64,000 bases of DNA from an uncultured Flavobacteriaceae bacterium (GCA_947497145.1 CANMFQ010000004.1:68560-132559), one strand, 5' to 3'; shown: positions 20,264 through 30,348, counted from the stretch's first letter. Numbers and translations: made by a program. The notes: generated by a model not told the origin, from the letters alone.

Positions 20264-20519
20264 AGAATTAGAAAGGGAAAGATAGTGGTGTTATCAGAAA
20301 AAAGTGATGTCTACTAGATTCAAAAAGCTAATATAGTATTTTTCAACCTGCATTTAGCAACTTTTTTTTACACTAAAGTGTGGTATCGAACTAGAAAAAT
20401 GGATCTCTATAAAAGAGTAATTGAATAAGAAACAGTTATAAAACAAATTGTTTATGCTACTTGCTGTGCGGTCAAATTCATACTCCTGCCATTTCAAAAA
20501 CCCGAGCATCTAATTAAAA

Positions 20520-21896
20520 TTATTCACAATCTTTTTTTAAGATGATTTGCTCTTCGCCTCTTTTTAGTTTAAAGCGTACGGTACTACACGCTACAACCTC
20601 CCACTCACCATTGTAAATGCTTAGGTCATTGCTTAAATTATTAAAAACTATAGTGGTGCCTGAAATCGTCCAAAACCCGTGATCAATAACTACATTATTC
20701 GTAGCTATCACTCTTATTCTCATATCTGAAAAGTCGAACTTCAAATTGCTTAATACTGTATTCGCATTATTAGAAACCACCCACAAACAGGTTTGTAGCT
20801 GTTCCTTTATAAACGCTTCACTACATACTTGCAGTTTCTCATCACAAGCCTTTTTAAATATAATTTTATCCACATCATCTGCTGTATGAAACTTAATACG
20901 TTCTTCATCTATTTCATATACAAACCATTCTGCGTTAAAATCTGTTTCCGTTTCAAATGCCAAACGTAATTTTAACTGATAATCAACAACAGTCAGGCTC
21001 CATTCCCCTGCCAACAAATTACCTTCTTCATCACTAGCGACGGCACTACCGTCTCCACCAAAAGTTAACAAATACTCCAAGTACTGAGGCGTACCATTTT
21101 CATTATTCTTTTTAAACTCTTGAATAGCCCAAGGGCATCCAATTAAAACACTAGTAAGACGTTCTTCGGTAAAATCATCATCATTATAATTGGCATTATC
21201 ATCTTCATTACACACACCAACACTATTCTCAATAGCCGTAGTTAATTCACCATTAGAATTTACTATTACCGCTGCTCCATCATGTTTCTTTAGTGTAACA
21301 GGAAATTCAAATCCAATAAAATCAGATTCTCCAAGACCGGCTAAAAATAGTTGCATATCTGCATCATCATCAACCTTAACCGTGCTTATAACTTCTTGCT
21401 TTGCGTTGTACGTGTATAGCGTTAAAGGGTAATCGATATCAATACACTCTATATCTTCGTCATTACCATCTTCAACACATTTGGCTGTCAAAGCCGTTAG
21501 CTCATTTTGATTATTAACAACAATTTCGCTGTGATTAGCCGTTGTTACCGTAATGGGAAAAACAAACTGTACGGTGTCGTCATCATCTTCATTTGCATCA
21601 AAAAGACGTTCTATTTGCATAAAATCTTGCCCTGAATTAACGGTGATTTGCATCCCATGAACCAAAACCACATAGGGAAAATTAACATCAAAACAGCTCG
21701 ATTTATCAACAATATTGTCATGAGAACCATCTCGTAAGCTAATACGCCACAACAAATCAGCAGTTGAAGAAACAGCGGTAAATGTTCGCTGATTGTTTAC
21801 TTCAACTTCAGCCCCATCATCAATTTGGCACGAAAAGACAGTTAAAACCATCACAACCAAGATAGTATACGCCACGTATTGCAAAAAGCTTTTCAT
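20520..21896 (-). CDS. Acidic surface lipoprotein of unknown function with internal repeats
   Basis: Lipobox VFS-C followed by QIDD; repeated C..(F/Y)P(V/I/L)T and Cys-containing modules; two C-terminal lipocalin-like repeats (GCPW..., TCLW...). Confidence 0.8.
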   Translation of the reverse strand: MKSFLQYVAYTILVVMVLTVFSCQIDDGAEVEVNNQRTFTAVSSTADLLWRISLRDGSHDNIVDKSSCFDVNFPYVVLVHGMQITVNSGQDFMQIERLFDANEDDDDTVQFVFPITVTTANHSEIVVNNQNELTALTAKCVEDGNDEDIECIDIDYPLTLYTYNAKQEVISTVKVDDDADMQLFLAGLGESDFIGFEFPVTLKKHDGAAVIVNSNGELTTAIENSVGVCNEDDNANYNDDDFTEERLTSVLIGCPWAIQEFKKNNENGTPQYLEYLLTFGGDGSAVASDEEGNLLAGEWSLTVVDYQLKLRLAFETETDFNAEWFVYEIDEERIKFHTADDVDKIIFKKACDEKLQVCSEAFIKEQLQTCLWVVSNNANTVLSNLKFDFSDMRIRVIATNNVVIDHGFWTISGTTIVFNNLSNDLSIYNGEWEVVACSTVRFKLKRGEEQIILKKDCE

Positions 21897-21919
21897 TGGA
21901 GACTTAATCTTTAGTTAAT

Positions 21920-21947
21920 AAAACAATCAAATTTAAAAACACCCTAC
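21920..21947 (-). promoter_or_regulatory. Candidate ECF-sigma promoter (GTAGGGT-N14-TGTT), overlapping a TAAATTTG element, for the lipoprotein gene
   Basis: Minus strand reads GTAGGGTGTTTTTAAATTTGATTGTTTT. The assignment to the adjacent ECF sigma is inference. Confidence 0.35.
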
Positions 21948-21993
21948 TTCTATTTTAATTTTTTTCTAAATATCTTTGATAAAAACCTATTCT

Positions 21994-22506
21994 TTGAAAA
22001 CGAAAAATAATGATACTGTTTGCGACGAACAAATTTTCAACAATTTTTTTAAAGCAAATGCTAAAACGATTTTTAATCATATTTATTATAAATTTGGCAA
22101 TGAAGAAAAAGCCAATGATGCTGTACAAGAAGCTTTTTTAAAACTATGGCAAAACTGCACTAAAGTAAGCCCCGAAAAAGCAAAATCTTTTGTCTACACC
22201 GTTGCCAACAATTTATACCTAAATGTCATTAAAGCAGAAAAGGTTCGCTTAAAATATGCGGACAAAACTTTAAAGACAACACACGAATCTCCCGAGTTCT
22301 TAATGGAAGAGAGCGAATTTAAGCTAAAATTAGAAAATGCGCTTAATGCCTTAACAGAAAACCAACGCACTACATTTTTATTAAATAGGATTGATGGGAA
22401 AAAGTATAAAGAAATTGCCGAAATGGAAGGTGTAAGTGTAAAAGCCATTGAAAAAAGAATGCATTTAGCACTAAAATCTTTGCGGGAAAAGATTGACGGC
22501 ATATAA
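21994..22506 (+). CDS. ECF RNA polymerase sigma-70 factor
   Basis: DAVQEAFLKLW (region 2); LNALTENQRTTFLL...YKEIAEMEGVSVKAIEKR (region 4). Start moved from 21976 to TTG 21994 because TATCTTTG (-7) covers 21971-21978. Confidence 0.9.
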   Translation: MKTKNNDTVCDEQIFNNFFKANAKTIFNHIYYKFGNEEKANDAVQEAFLKLWQNCTKVSPEKAKSFVYTVANNLYLNVIKAEKVRLKYADKTLKTTHESPEFLMEESEFKLKLENALNALTENQRTTFLLNRIDGKKYKEIAEMEGVSVKAIEKRMHLALKSLREKIDGI

Positions 22507-22568
22507 GCATAACCAAAAAACATGTATCATACCCTGTTTCGGTAACAACAACCATAAATTAAGTCGCC

Positions 22569-24263
22569 ATGTCTAATTCAAAAACTATAGTTCTTTTCAT
22601 TCTTACCATATGCTTCTTGGGGGCAACAGCGTCACTAAATGCCCAGACCTATGCCAAAAATGGCATGGTAGTCTCTTCAGACAGAGGGTCTTCGGCGGTA
22701 GGGGTTTCGATGCTAAAAAAAGGAGGCAACGCCGTAGATGCAGCCGTTGCTACAGCTTTTTCTCTAGCTGTAACCCACCCATCGGCAGGTAATATAGGTG
22801 GTGGTGGATTCATGGTTTTTATGAATGCTGAAGGAAAAACAACAACGATAGATTTTCGTGAAAAGGCACCACTTGCTGCCACCAATACCATGTATTTAGA
22901 TGCAGACGGACAACTTATTGAAGACAGCAACCATATGAGTGCCAAAGCCATTGGCGTACCAGGCACTGTAGCTGGCTTGTACTTAGCACATAGCAAATAC
23001 GGAAAATTACCCTGGAAAACTGTAATACAACCAGCTATAGACCAAGCTCAAAATGGTTTTCCGTTTAATTGGTCTTTGTATCATGATGCCCAGTATTTTT
23101 CAAAAACTGAGGGCGTCAATACCTTTATGAAAACCTATTTCAACAATAAAAATGCGGCAATTATGCAACCCAATGAATTGTGGAAACAACTGGCTCTTGC
23201 CCAAACCTTAACACTAATTAGAGACCAAGGCCCAGACGGATTTTACAAAGGCAAAACCGCCCAAAAAATCGTTGATTTTATGCGTAAAAACGGGGGTATA
23301 ATCACCAAAAAAGACTTAGCTAAATACGAGGCTATTGAGCGCGAACCCATCAAAGGCAGCTATAAGGGTTATGATATTTATACTATGCCGCCGCCTAGCT
23401 CTGGAGGTGTTGCTCTTGTTGAAATGATGAATTTAATGGAGCTTGCCGATTTTAAATCGTTAGAATTTAACTCTGCTGCACATTTGCATTTGGTTGCTGA
23501 GGCTATGCGTAGAGCTTTTGCCGATCGCGCAGAACATTTAGGCGACCCCGATTTCAACCCAAACATACCTGTAACTAAACTAACCGCTAAAGATTTTGCT
23601 AAAAAAAGATTTCAAGAAATAAATATGGCAAAAGCCTCCCCTAGTGATTCTGCCCTATACGGACGGTTATATGATAGTGATAACACCACCCACCTTTCTG
23701 TAATGGACAAAGAAGGCAATGCTGTATCACTTACCTATACGTTAGAGTATAGTTATGGCTCGCAAATGGGTGCGAAAGAACTAGGTTTTATTTTCAACAA
23801 TGAAATGGGTGATTTTAATCCCCAACCTGGCAGTACAAAAAATAATGGTCAAATTGGTACTGCACCAAACTTGATTGCACCAGAAAAAAGAATGCTTTCT
23901 AGTATGACACCTACTATTGTAAGTAAAAACGGAAAACCATATTTGGTTATTGGAAGCCCGGGTGGACGAACCATCATCAATACCGTATTTCAAACCACCC
24001 TGAATGTACTAGAATTTAACATGCGCATAGATAAGGCTATTGAGGCTTTAAAAATACACCATCAATGGTTGCCTAATCAAATTGTTTATGAGAAAAACTT
24101 ACTGTCGCCTGACACTCGAAAAATACTTGAAAGTATGGGGCACACCTTAAAAGAACGAAACAATATGGGAGCCTTAATGGGAATTACCTATGATGCTGAA
24201 AAAAAGATTTTTACAGGCGCCTCAGATTCATCTCAACCTGATAGTGGTGCGGTAGGCTATTAA
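22569..24263 (+). CDS. ggt: Gamma-glutamyltransferase
   Basis: GGNAVDAAVA, IDFREKAP, autocleavage N-TTHLSV, RMLSSMTP, GSPGG; signal peptide. Confidence 0.97.
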   Translation: MSNSKTIVLFILTICFLGATASLNAQTYAKNGMVVSSDRGSSAVGVSMLKKGGNAVDAAVATAFSLAVTHPSAGNIGGGGFMVFMNAEGKTTTIDFREKAPLAATNTMYLDADGQLIEDSNHMSAKAIGVPGTVAGLYLAHSKYGKLPWKTVIQPAIDQAQNGFPFNWSLYHDAQYFSKTEGVNTFMKTYFNNKNAAIMQPNELWKQLALAQTLTLIRDQGPDGFYKGKTAQKIVDFMRKNGGIITKKDLAKYEAIEREPIKGSYKGYDIYTMPPPSSGGVALVEMMNLMELADFKSLEFNSAAHLHLVAEAMRRAFADRAEHLGDPDFNPNIPVTKLTAKDFAKKRFQEINMAKASPSDSALYGRLYDSDNTTHLSVMDKEGNAVSLTYTLEYSYGSQMGAKELGFIFNNEMGDFNPQPGSTKNNGQIGTAPNLIAPEKRMLSSMTPTIVSKNGKPYLVIGSPGGRTIINTVFQTTLNVLEFNMRIDKAIEALKIHHQWLPNQIVYEKNLLSPDTRKILESMGHTLKERNNMGALMGITYDAEKKIFTGASDSSQPDSGAVGY

Positions 24264-24347
24264 CTCATTTAGGATAGCAAACATAATTTCTGACCGTAGT
24301 AATAATAACCTCGTACTAGGTGTAGAAGAAATTAGCACGAAATTAAT

Positions 24348-24355
24348 TAACTTTG
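24348..24355 (+). promoter_or_regulatory. -7 promoter element (TAACTTTG) for fabV
   Basis: TAnnTTTG match about 75 bp upstream of the ATG. Confidence 0.45.
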
Positions 24356-24430
24356 ATTTTCGGTAAAAAACCAAAACTTTTTTAAATAAGAACAACTAGT
24401 TCAAAAATAAGCATCAAAAAAACTAACTCA

Positions 24431-25618
24431 ATGATTATAGAACCAAGAACACGTGGCTTTATTTGTGTCACCGCACATCCGAAAGGTTGTGCCCAAAATG
24501 TATTAAATCAAATAGCATATGTAAAATCAAAAGGGCCTGTAGAAAGCGCCAAAAATGTGCTCGTAATTGGTGCCTCAACAGGATTTGGTATGGCATCGCG
24601 TATCACCAGTGCCTTTGGTTCTAATGCAGCAACAATAGGGGTGTTTTTTGAAAAACCACCTATGCCTGGAAAAACAGCATCTTCTGGCTGGTACAATACA
24701 GCAGCTTTTGAAAAAGAAGCACATGCTGCCGGTCTTTACGCAAAAAGCATCAATGGGGATGCCTTTTCTACTGACATAAAAGAAAAAACAGCAGCCCTTA
24801 TCAAACAAGATTTAGGTAAAATAGACTTGGTAGTATACAGTCTTGCTTCTCCCGTTAGAACGCACCCCGTTAGTGGCATTCGATACAAATCAACCTTAAA
24901 ACCTATCGGCGATGCCTACACCAACAAAACAGTTGATTTTCATACAGGAGAAATAAAAGAGATTACTATACAACCTGCTGCTGGTGATGATATAGACAAT
25001 ACAGTAGCTGTTATGGGTGGTGAAGATTGGGAAATGTGGATTAATACCTTAAAAGAAAACGACCTACTTTCTTCCAATTTTAAAACCGTTGCTTATTCGT
25101 ATATCGGGCCAAAACTTACCGAGCCTGTGTATAGAAAAGGAACCATAGGGAGAGCCAAAGACCATTTAGAAAAAACAGCTTTCACCATTTCAGATACGCT
25201 CAAAGACCTCAACGGTAAAGCATACGTATCTGTTAACAAAGCCTTAGTAACACAATCGAGCTCTGCTATTCCTGTAATCCCTTTATATATTTCACTTTTG
25301 TATAAGGTAATGAAGGAAAAAGGCGTGCACGAAGGCTGTATTGAGCAAATTTACCGACTATTTAGTGAGCGTTTATATCTAGATGATATACCTACTGACA
25401 CAGAAAAAAGAATACGCATTGACGACTGGGAAATGCGCGATGACGTGCAAGAAAAAGTCGCCGCCTTATGGAAAGAGGCCACTACTGAAAATCTTTCTGA
25501 AATTGGCGATTTAGAAGGCTACAGAACAGATTTTTTCAATTTATTTGGTTTCAATTTTGAAGAAGTTGATTACAAAGCAGAAGCTGATGAAATGATTGAA
25601 ATACCAGGCTTGGTTTAA
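24431..25618 (+). CDS. fabV: Enoyl-ACP reductase FabV / trans-2-enoyl-CoA reductase
   Basis: AHPKGC, GASTGFG, YSLASP, catalytic Y-x8-K (YRKGTIGRAK), RIDDWE. Confidence 0.95.
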   Translation: MIIEPRTRGFICVTAHPKGCAQNVLNQIAYVKSKGPVESAKNVLVIGASTGFGMASRITSAFGSNAATIGVFFEKPPMPGKTASSGWYNTAAFEKEAHAAGLYAKSINGDAFSTDIKEKTAALIKQDLGKIDLVVYSLASPVRTHPVSGIRYKSTLKPIGDAYTNKTVDFHTGEIKEITIQPAAGDDIDNTVAVMGGEDWEMWINTLKENDLLSSNFKTVAYSYIGPKLTEPVYRKGTIGRAKDHLEKTAFTISDTLKDLNGKAYVSVNKALVTQSSSAIPVIPLYISLLYKVMKEKGVHEGCIEQIYRLFSERLYLDDIPTDTEKRIRIDDWEMRDDVQEKVAALWKEATTENLSEIGDLEGYRTDFFNLFGFNFEEVDYKAEADEMIEIPGLV

Positions 25619-25638
25619 CCTAGTTTATTTTAAATTAG

Positions 25639-25670
25639 CTTGCGCCGTACTTTTTAAAGTGGGGCGCAAG
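25639..25670 (+). terminator. Hairpin terminator after fabV
   Basis: CTTGCGCC...ACTTT-TT-AAAGT...GGCGCAAG, followed by T-rich sequence. Confidence 0.7.
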
Positions 25671-25864
25671 TTGGTTTTAATTTTATTTGATGCTTATTTG
25701 AGGGAGAGCAACCTTATTGCTAAGTGTTTTTTCTGTTCATTGGTAACACATAAATTGTTTCCCAATACAACCAATTTGCAATCCTAGCTATATTTATAGC
25801 TATATATCGACTCGTAAGCATAACAACCACACCATAAACCAAAGCACAAAGAAAACTCCACTCC

Positions 25865-26200
25865 ATGAACTACAACAATAAAAAGTTTAGACCTATTCAA
25901 AATTCCGAAAATGGAGAAACTACCGTAGAAACGGTATTTGAATACAAACAAAGCGGTACTATTTTAACTTCGGAATACATTGGTGGACAGATAGTAAAAG
26001 GACATTTGATTGGATTAGTAGACAACATGGGAAATATTGAAATGCGGTACCATCAAGTAAATCAAAAAGGAGAATTGATGACGGGCATTTGCTACTCAAA
26101 ACCTGAATTGACTGAAAATGGAAAAATAAGACTGTATGAAAATTGGAAATGGACTTCAGGAGATTTGTCTAGTGGCACATCTATTTTAGAAGAAATATGA
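25865..26200 (+). CDS. Conserved small beta-barrel protein (often auto-annotated as n-acetylglutamate synthase; function unknown)
   Basis: MNYNNKKF..., Y.GG.I..GHLIG, LYENWKWT pattern. No acetyltransferase motif visible. Confidence 0.75.
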   Translation: MNYNNKKFRPIQNSENGETTVETVFEYKQSGTILTSEYIGGQIVKGHLIGLVDNMGNIEMRYHQVNQKGELMTGICYSKPELTENGKIRLYENWKWTSGDLSSGTSILEEI

Positions 26201-26360
26201 CACGCATAAAAAAGTCTATGCCCAGATGAAGAGATATTCAAATTCTAAAAAAATATGGAAAACACGAGGTGATAATTTCCAACCACACCACTTTTACCAT
26301 CCATTTTTAAACCCAAGTCATAATGCACCTATTCTATGAAAAACCAACTAAATTAGACCT

Positions 26361-27254
26361 ATGCAAAAAAGAGTAAAATTTGATTTTGAAATATATTTCA
26401 CCAATGGAGGACATATTAAAGGAGAAGATTTTTGCCTTGATATTAATGGCACTACTATTTCAAACAAAGAACTTGCAGCTTATATTGTTTCAGAGATGAG
26501 GCTTCTTATGGTTGGAGAAACAAAAATTTTAAACAAAGAAATTTTTGAAGAAGCCCACAAAAGAAAACCAATTGACAAAAAAACAAAAACCAACGTACTC
26601 ATTGATTTAAGTCATACCATTGAAAATGGTCTTATTACCTACAAAGGGCTTCCTGCGCCCATAATTTGCGATTATTTAAGCCGAGAAGATTCAAAATCTC
26701 GTTATGAAAAAGGCACTGAATTTCAAATAGGAAAAATTGAAATGGTTACCAATACAGGCACATATATCGATTGCCCCTTTCATAGATTTGAACACGGGAA
26801 AGACCTTTCGCAAGTTACTCTAGAACGCTTTGTAGACCTCGATGCTATTGTTATTCGCATTCCATACACAACAACTATTAAAATAACAGCCCAACATTTA
26901 AAAAAGTACAACATAAGAAATCGTGCTGTCCTCATTCAAACCGGATGGGATACCCATTGGAACACGGAACAGTACTATGAAAACAACCCCTATCTCACTG
27001 AAAAGGCTGCTGAATATTTAAGAGATTGTGGTGTAACACTAGTAGGTATAGATTCTCATAATATTGATGATACAAGAGGAAAAAGCAGACCTGTTCACAC
27101 TACTCTTTTGGGTGCTGAAATTTTAATTGTAGAGCACCTTTGTAATTTATACCTCCTACCCGACACTGGATTTACGTTTAGCGCTATACCTCCAAAATTT
27201 AAAGGTGTTGGAACTTTCCCTGTAAGAGCCTTTGCCAAATTATCTATTAAATAA
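26361..27254 (+). CDS. Cyclase (kynurenine formamidase-like) family protein with an extra N-terminal domain
   Basis: IDLSHTI, TGTYIDCPFH, VLIQTGW, VGIDSHNID, VHTTLL..IVEHL, FPVRAFA; about 75-aa N-terminal extension. Confidence 0.88.
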   Translation: MQKRVKFDFEIYFTNGGHIKGEDFCLDINGTTISNKELAAYIVSEMRLLMVGETKILNKEIFEEAHKRKPIDKKTKTNVLIDLSHTIENGLITYKGLPAPIICDYLSREDSKSRYEKGTEFQIGKIEMVTNTGTYIDCPFHRFEHGKDLSQVTLERFVDLDAIVIRIPYTTTIKITAQHLKKYNIRNRAVLIQTGWDTHWNTEQYYENNPYLTEKAAEYLRDCGVTLVGIDSHNIDDTRGKSRPVHTTLLGAEILIVEHLCNLYLLPDTGFTFSAIPPKFKGVGTFPVRAFAKLSIK

Positions 27255-27549
27255 CTGGCTAACCAAACATTTTTATTGAAAATTCATGTTCCTGTTTTTT
27301 GATAGCAACCTCATACACGAGTCAAAAATAAGTATATTTGGGTGCATACAATTTATACTTGTAGCCAAATACATTATTATTATTTTAAAAAAATAATAAT
27401 TCACCGTAGACATACGCTTCGAAACCCTCACGAATCATTCTTAATTTAGCTTTCCTTACTAGCTATGTTAATTGTAAAATAATATTGAATTCAACAAATA
27501 GCCTATAGAGCAATTTTGAAATCTTATACGCAACACAAATAAAATTATA

Positions 27550-30000
27550 ATGAAAATAATCCCCATAATCTCTGCACTCGCTTTCGGCATCCTTTATGTA
27601 AACCCTGTATTGAGTCAAGAACCCATTTTTACGAATGCTTTTTCTAACGATTATGAAATTGTTTTACTGGGTGAGCAAACGCATGGTGATGGTGCTGTTT
27701 TTGAAAAAAAGCTTGCTATGATTAAAGAATTACATGAACAAAGAGGCTTCAATTTATTAATATTTGAAAGTGGAATGTATGACAACTTTAAAGCGAACGA
27801 GCTTTATTCAAATCACAAAGAAGCAATCAACATATTTAAACAAAGTGTGGGTGATCTTTATTCTAACACAAAAGTATTTCAGGACCTTCTCAATTATATA
27901 GAGACCCATCCAAAATTAAAAATTCTAGGCTTTGACTCACAAGAATCTAACCTATTTGGAGCATATTTCCTCGACGATTTTAAAACGCTGTGCGTCAACA
28001 ACAACATTTCAATTTCCGATGAAACCTACATAGAATTGGAAAAAACTTTGATTGTTAGGGACCTGGAAAACTATATTGATAACAAAAAGGATTCAACAGC
28101 TTTGTATGTCAAAATTGAGGAAATACAACGTAAAATAGATGTAATACCTAAAAATGATGTGCCAACAAAGATAATTATTCAAACCTTTAAAAGTGTTTGC
28201 TCAGAGCTAGATTTTAGCTTAAAAGCATTACAAAAGGAAAAAATTCACGTCCAAAATCCTAGAGACAAACAAATGGCAGAAAATTTAATTTTCCTAAAAG
28301 AAACCTATCCTAATGAAAAAATAATTGGATGGGGAGCTAGCTATCATTTTGCTAATCGGCTTAACGAATTTGAATATACCATAGCAACAGAAAACTATTT
28401 AAAAAAGGTATATTCCCAAGCAGATAGTATTGCAAACCACAACCATACAAATATACAAGATGAAATTGAACTGGTAAAAGACTTGAGTTTCGCCATACCA
28501 ATGGGTCAAATCCTTAAAGAAACGTACGGAGATAAATTGTTTAGTTTGGCATTCACCTCTTTTGAAGGCAAGTATTCTAATTTTATGTACGATAAAATAT
28601 TTCCAGTATTACAACCACCTAAAAATAGTATTGAGTTTAAATTAAAAAAGCAAGGTGTAAAAGAAAAATTAGTGTTTCTAGAGCATATTGACAATAAATT
28701 TTATGTTTCAGCATTGGGCTATATTCCGCTGTACGCAAATTGGAACAGTGTTTTTGATGGCCTTTACTTTATTGAAAAAATGTACCCTCCAAAATATTCA
28801 GAATATGATTCTAATGAAGAAAAATTATCAATTTTCAATAGCCCAAATACAATAGTTGGAACTATCTTAGATATGGAAACCTCTGAACAGATTGCCTATG
28901 CAGACATTTATTATGCAAACAACAATTTAAGTACCGTATCTAATTTAAAGGGACAATTTTCCATATCAAATTTGAAGGGCCAAAATAGTTATTTAATTTT
29001 TTCGGCTATAGGCTATGAAAGCGACTCACTTCACGTTCAAAAACTACAAAAAACAAATGCCGTTCGTTTAAAAAAATCTAAAGCAGATATTGTATTAAAC
29101 GAAGTGGTAGTAACAGCAAAGTTCAAAACTTTAACCCCTAATGAAATTATTGAAAAAGCAAGAAAAAACATAAAAACCAACTACGTACAAACACCTTACA
29201 ATCAAAAATTTCATTTCAAAATACAAGAATACAGCCTAAAAGATTCCTTGAATTATAACCTAGAAGAAGCAATAATTCAAACCTACAATAAAAAAGGTGT
29301 TAGCGGTTCAAATAATCCTGAAAATAGATTTTTTGGAGAAATTCAAAATTTAAGAAACAATACCGACAAATTTGACAACAATAGGTTTCACAATGGTGTA
29401 GGCTCTTTATGGGTAGTTCTTAACAAAGACATCATTTTAAGCAAATCAAATGTGTTATACAGAACGACCGCATACGATTTAACAAATGAAGGAACAGTAA
29501 CCTACAAAGATCGCAAAGTATACGAAATAAGTTTTGTTAATAACTCACCTGGAGCATACTCAACAGGTTACGGCTATCCTGCACCCAAAAGCTCAAAAGG
29601 AATTATATTTATTGATGCCGAAAACTATGCCGTTTTAAAATATGAACATTGTATTCAACGAATACCGTATGTCTCTAAAAAAAATAAGAATACGATACAA
29701 TCCTGGCATAAAATTGTTCAATCTTACAAGCAAGTTAATGGAATGTATTTCATAAACCTTCTTGATATAACTACAACTACTAAAGTTTTTACACCTCAAA
29801 ACAAACCCTTAGACACTTTCGTACATTTGCAAAAACTTGTGTCAAATGATATTGATACTAAAACTATAAGCATTTTAAAAAGACCGCTAATAGATTTAAA
29901 AACAGGCTTCACAAAGACTATTAACAACAAGTTATGGAATGACAAGCCTGTTGATTCAAGACCAAAAATCGTAGAACTTGAAATATGTGAGAGTGAATAG
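27550..30000 (+). CDS. Secreted erythromycin-esterase-family protein fused to a CarboxypepD_reg-like domain and a C-terminal domain
   Basis: LLGEQTHGDG and LIFESG (Ere-type), NPRDKQMAENL; then GTILDMET...YADIY...SAIGYES (carboxypeptidase-regulatory-like); signal peptide. Confidence 0.8.
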   Translation: MKIIPIISALAFGILYVNPVLSQEPIFTNAFSNDYEIVLLGEQTHGDGAVFEKKLAMIKELHEQRGFNLLIFESGMYDNFKANELYSNHKEAINIFKQSVGDLYSNTKVFQDLLNYIETHPKLKILGFDSQESNLFGAYFLDDFKTLCVNNNISISDETYIELEKTLIVRDLENYIDNKKDSTALYVKIEEIQRKIDVIPKNDVPTKIIIQTFKSVCSELDFSLKALQKEKIHVQNPRDKQMAENLIFLKETYPNEKIIGWGASYHFANRLNEFEYTIATENYLKKVYSQADSIANHNHTNIQDEIELVKDLSFAIPMGQILKETYGDKLFSLAFTSFEGKYSNFMYDKIFPVLQPPKNSIEFKLKKQGVKEKLVFLEHIDNKFYVSALGYIPLYANWNSVFDGLYFIEKMYPPKYSEYDSNEEKLSIFNSPNTIVGTILDMETSEQIAYADIYYANNNLSTVSNLKGQFSISNLKGQNSYLIFSAIGYESDSLHVQKLQKTNAVRLKKSKADIVLNEVVVTAKFKTLTPNEIIEKARKNIKTNYVQTPYNQKFHFKIQEYSLKDSLNYNLEEAIIQTYNKKGVSGSNNPENRFFGEIQNLRNNTDKFDNNRFHNGVGSLWVVLNKDIILSKSNVLYRTTAYDLTNEGTVTYKDRKVYEISFVNNSPGAYSTGYGYPAPKSSKGIIFIDAENYAVLKYEHCIQRIPYVSKKNKNTIQSWHKIVQSYKQVNGMYFINLLDITTTTKVFTPQNKPLDTFVHLQKLVSNDIDTKTISILKRPLIDLKTGFTKTINNKLWNDKPVDSRPKIVELEICESE

Positions 30001-30348
30001 TTTAATCTAATCTGACTTTAAAGACACACCTAGATGGAAACAACATGGTTTAGGCAAAGAAACAAACTACAGCAATTCCCACATCCTGCTACGCTACTTC
30101 ATGGAAAAAAATATTGTTTTAAAAGCTATTACAGTCCAATTACTCCCATAAAACAAAACCCACAACACTAATGTCATGGGTTATCTATTCATATCGCCGT
30201 TAAACCTACATTACGTTATGCCTCAAGCAACAGCTGAAAATTTATGTCCACACACAAGCAGCATGAAGACTGTAAAACTACATCTTCCTGTAATTAGTGT
30301 ATGAACTGAAATACCCAAAACGTAAATTTGACTATTTCCTAGCAGACA

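Noticed and set aside
18762-20519. SRP RNA (ffs) near ffh
   Set aside because: No GCCAGG...GGAA...AGCAGC-type SRP loop is visible in the flanking intergenic DNA.
24431-25618. fabV as an acquired triclosan-resistance gene
   Set aside because: It is an ordinary chromosomal FabV with no mobility signature, and FabV is common in marine bacteria.
25596-25787. 63-aa ORF after fabV
   Set aside because: It overlaps the fabV stop and runs through the terminator hairpin.
30034-30171. 45-aa ORF (METTWFRQ...) after the esterase fusion
   Set aside because: No recognisable features or promoter; its length is compatible with chance.
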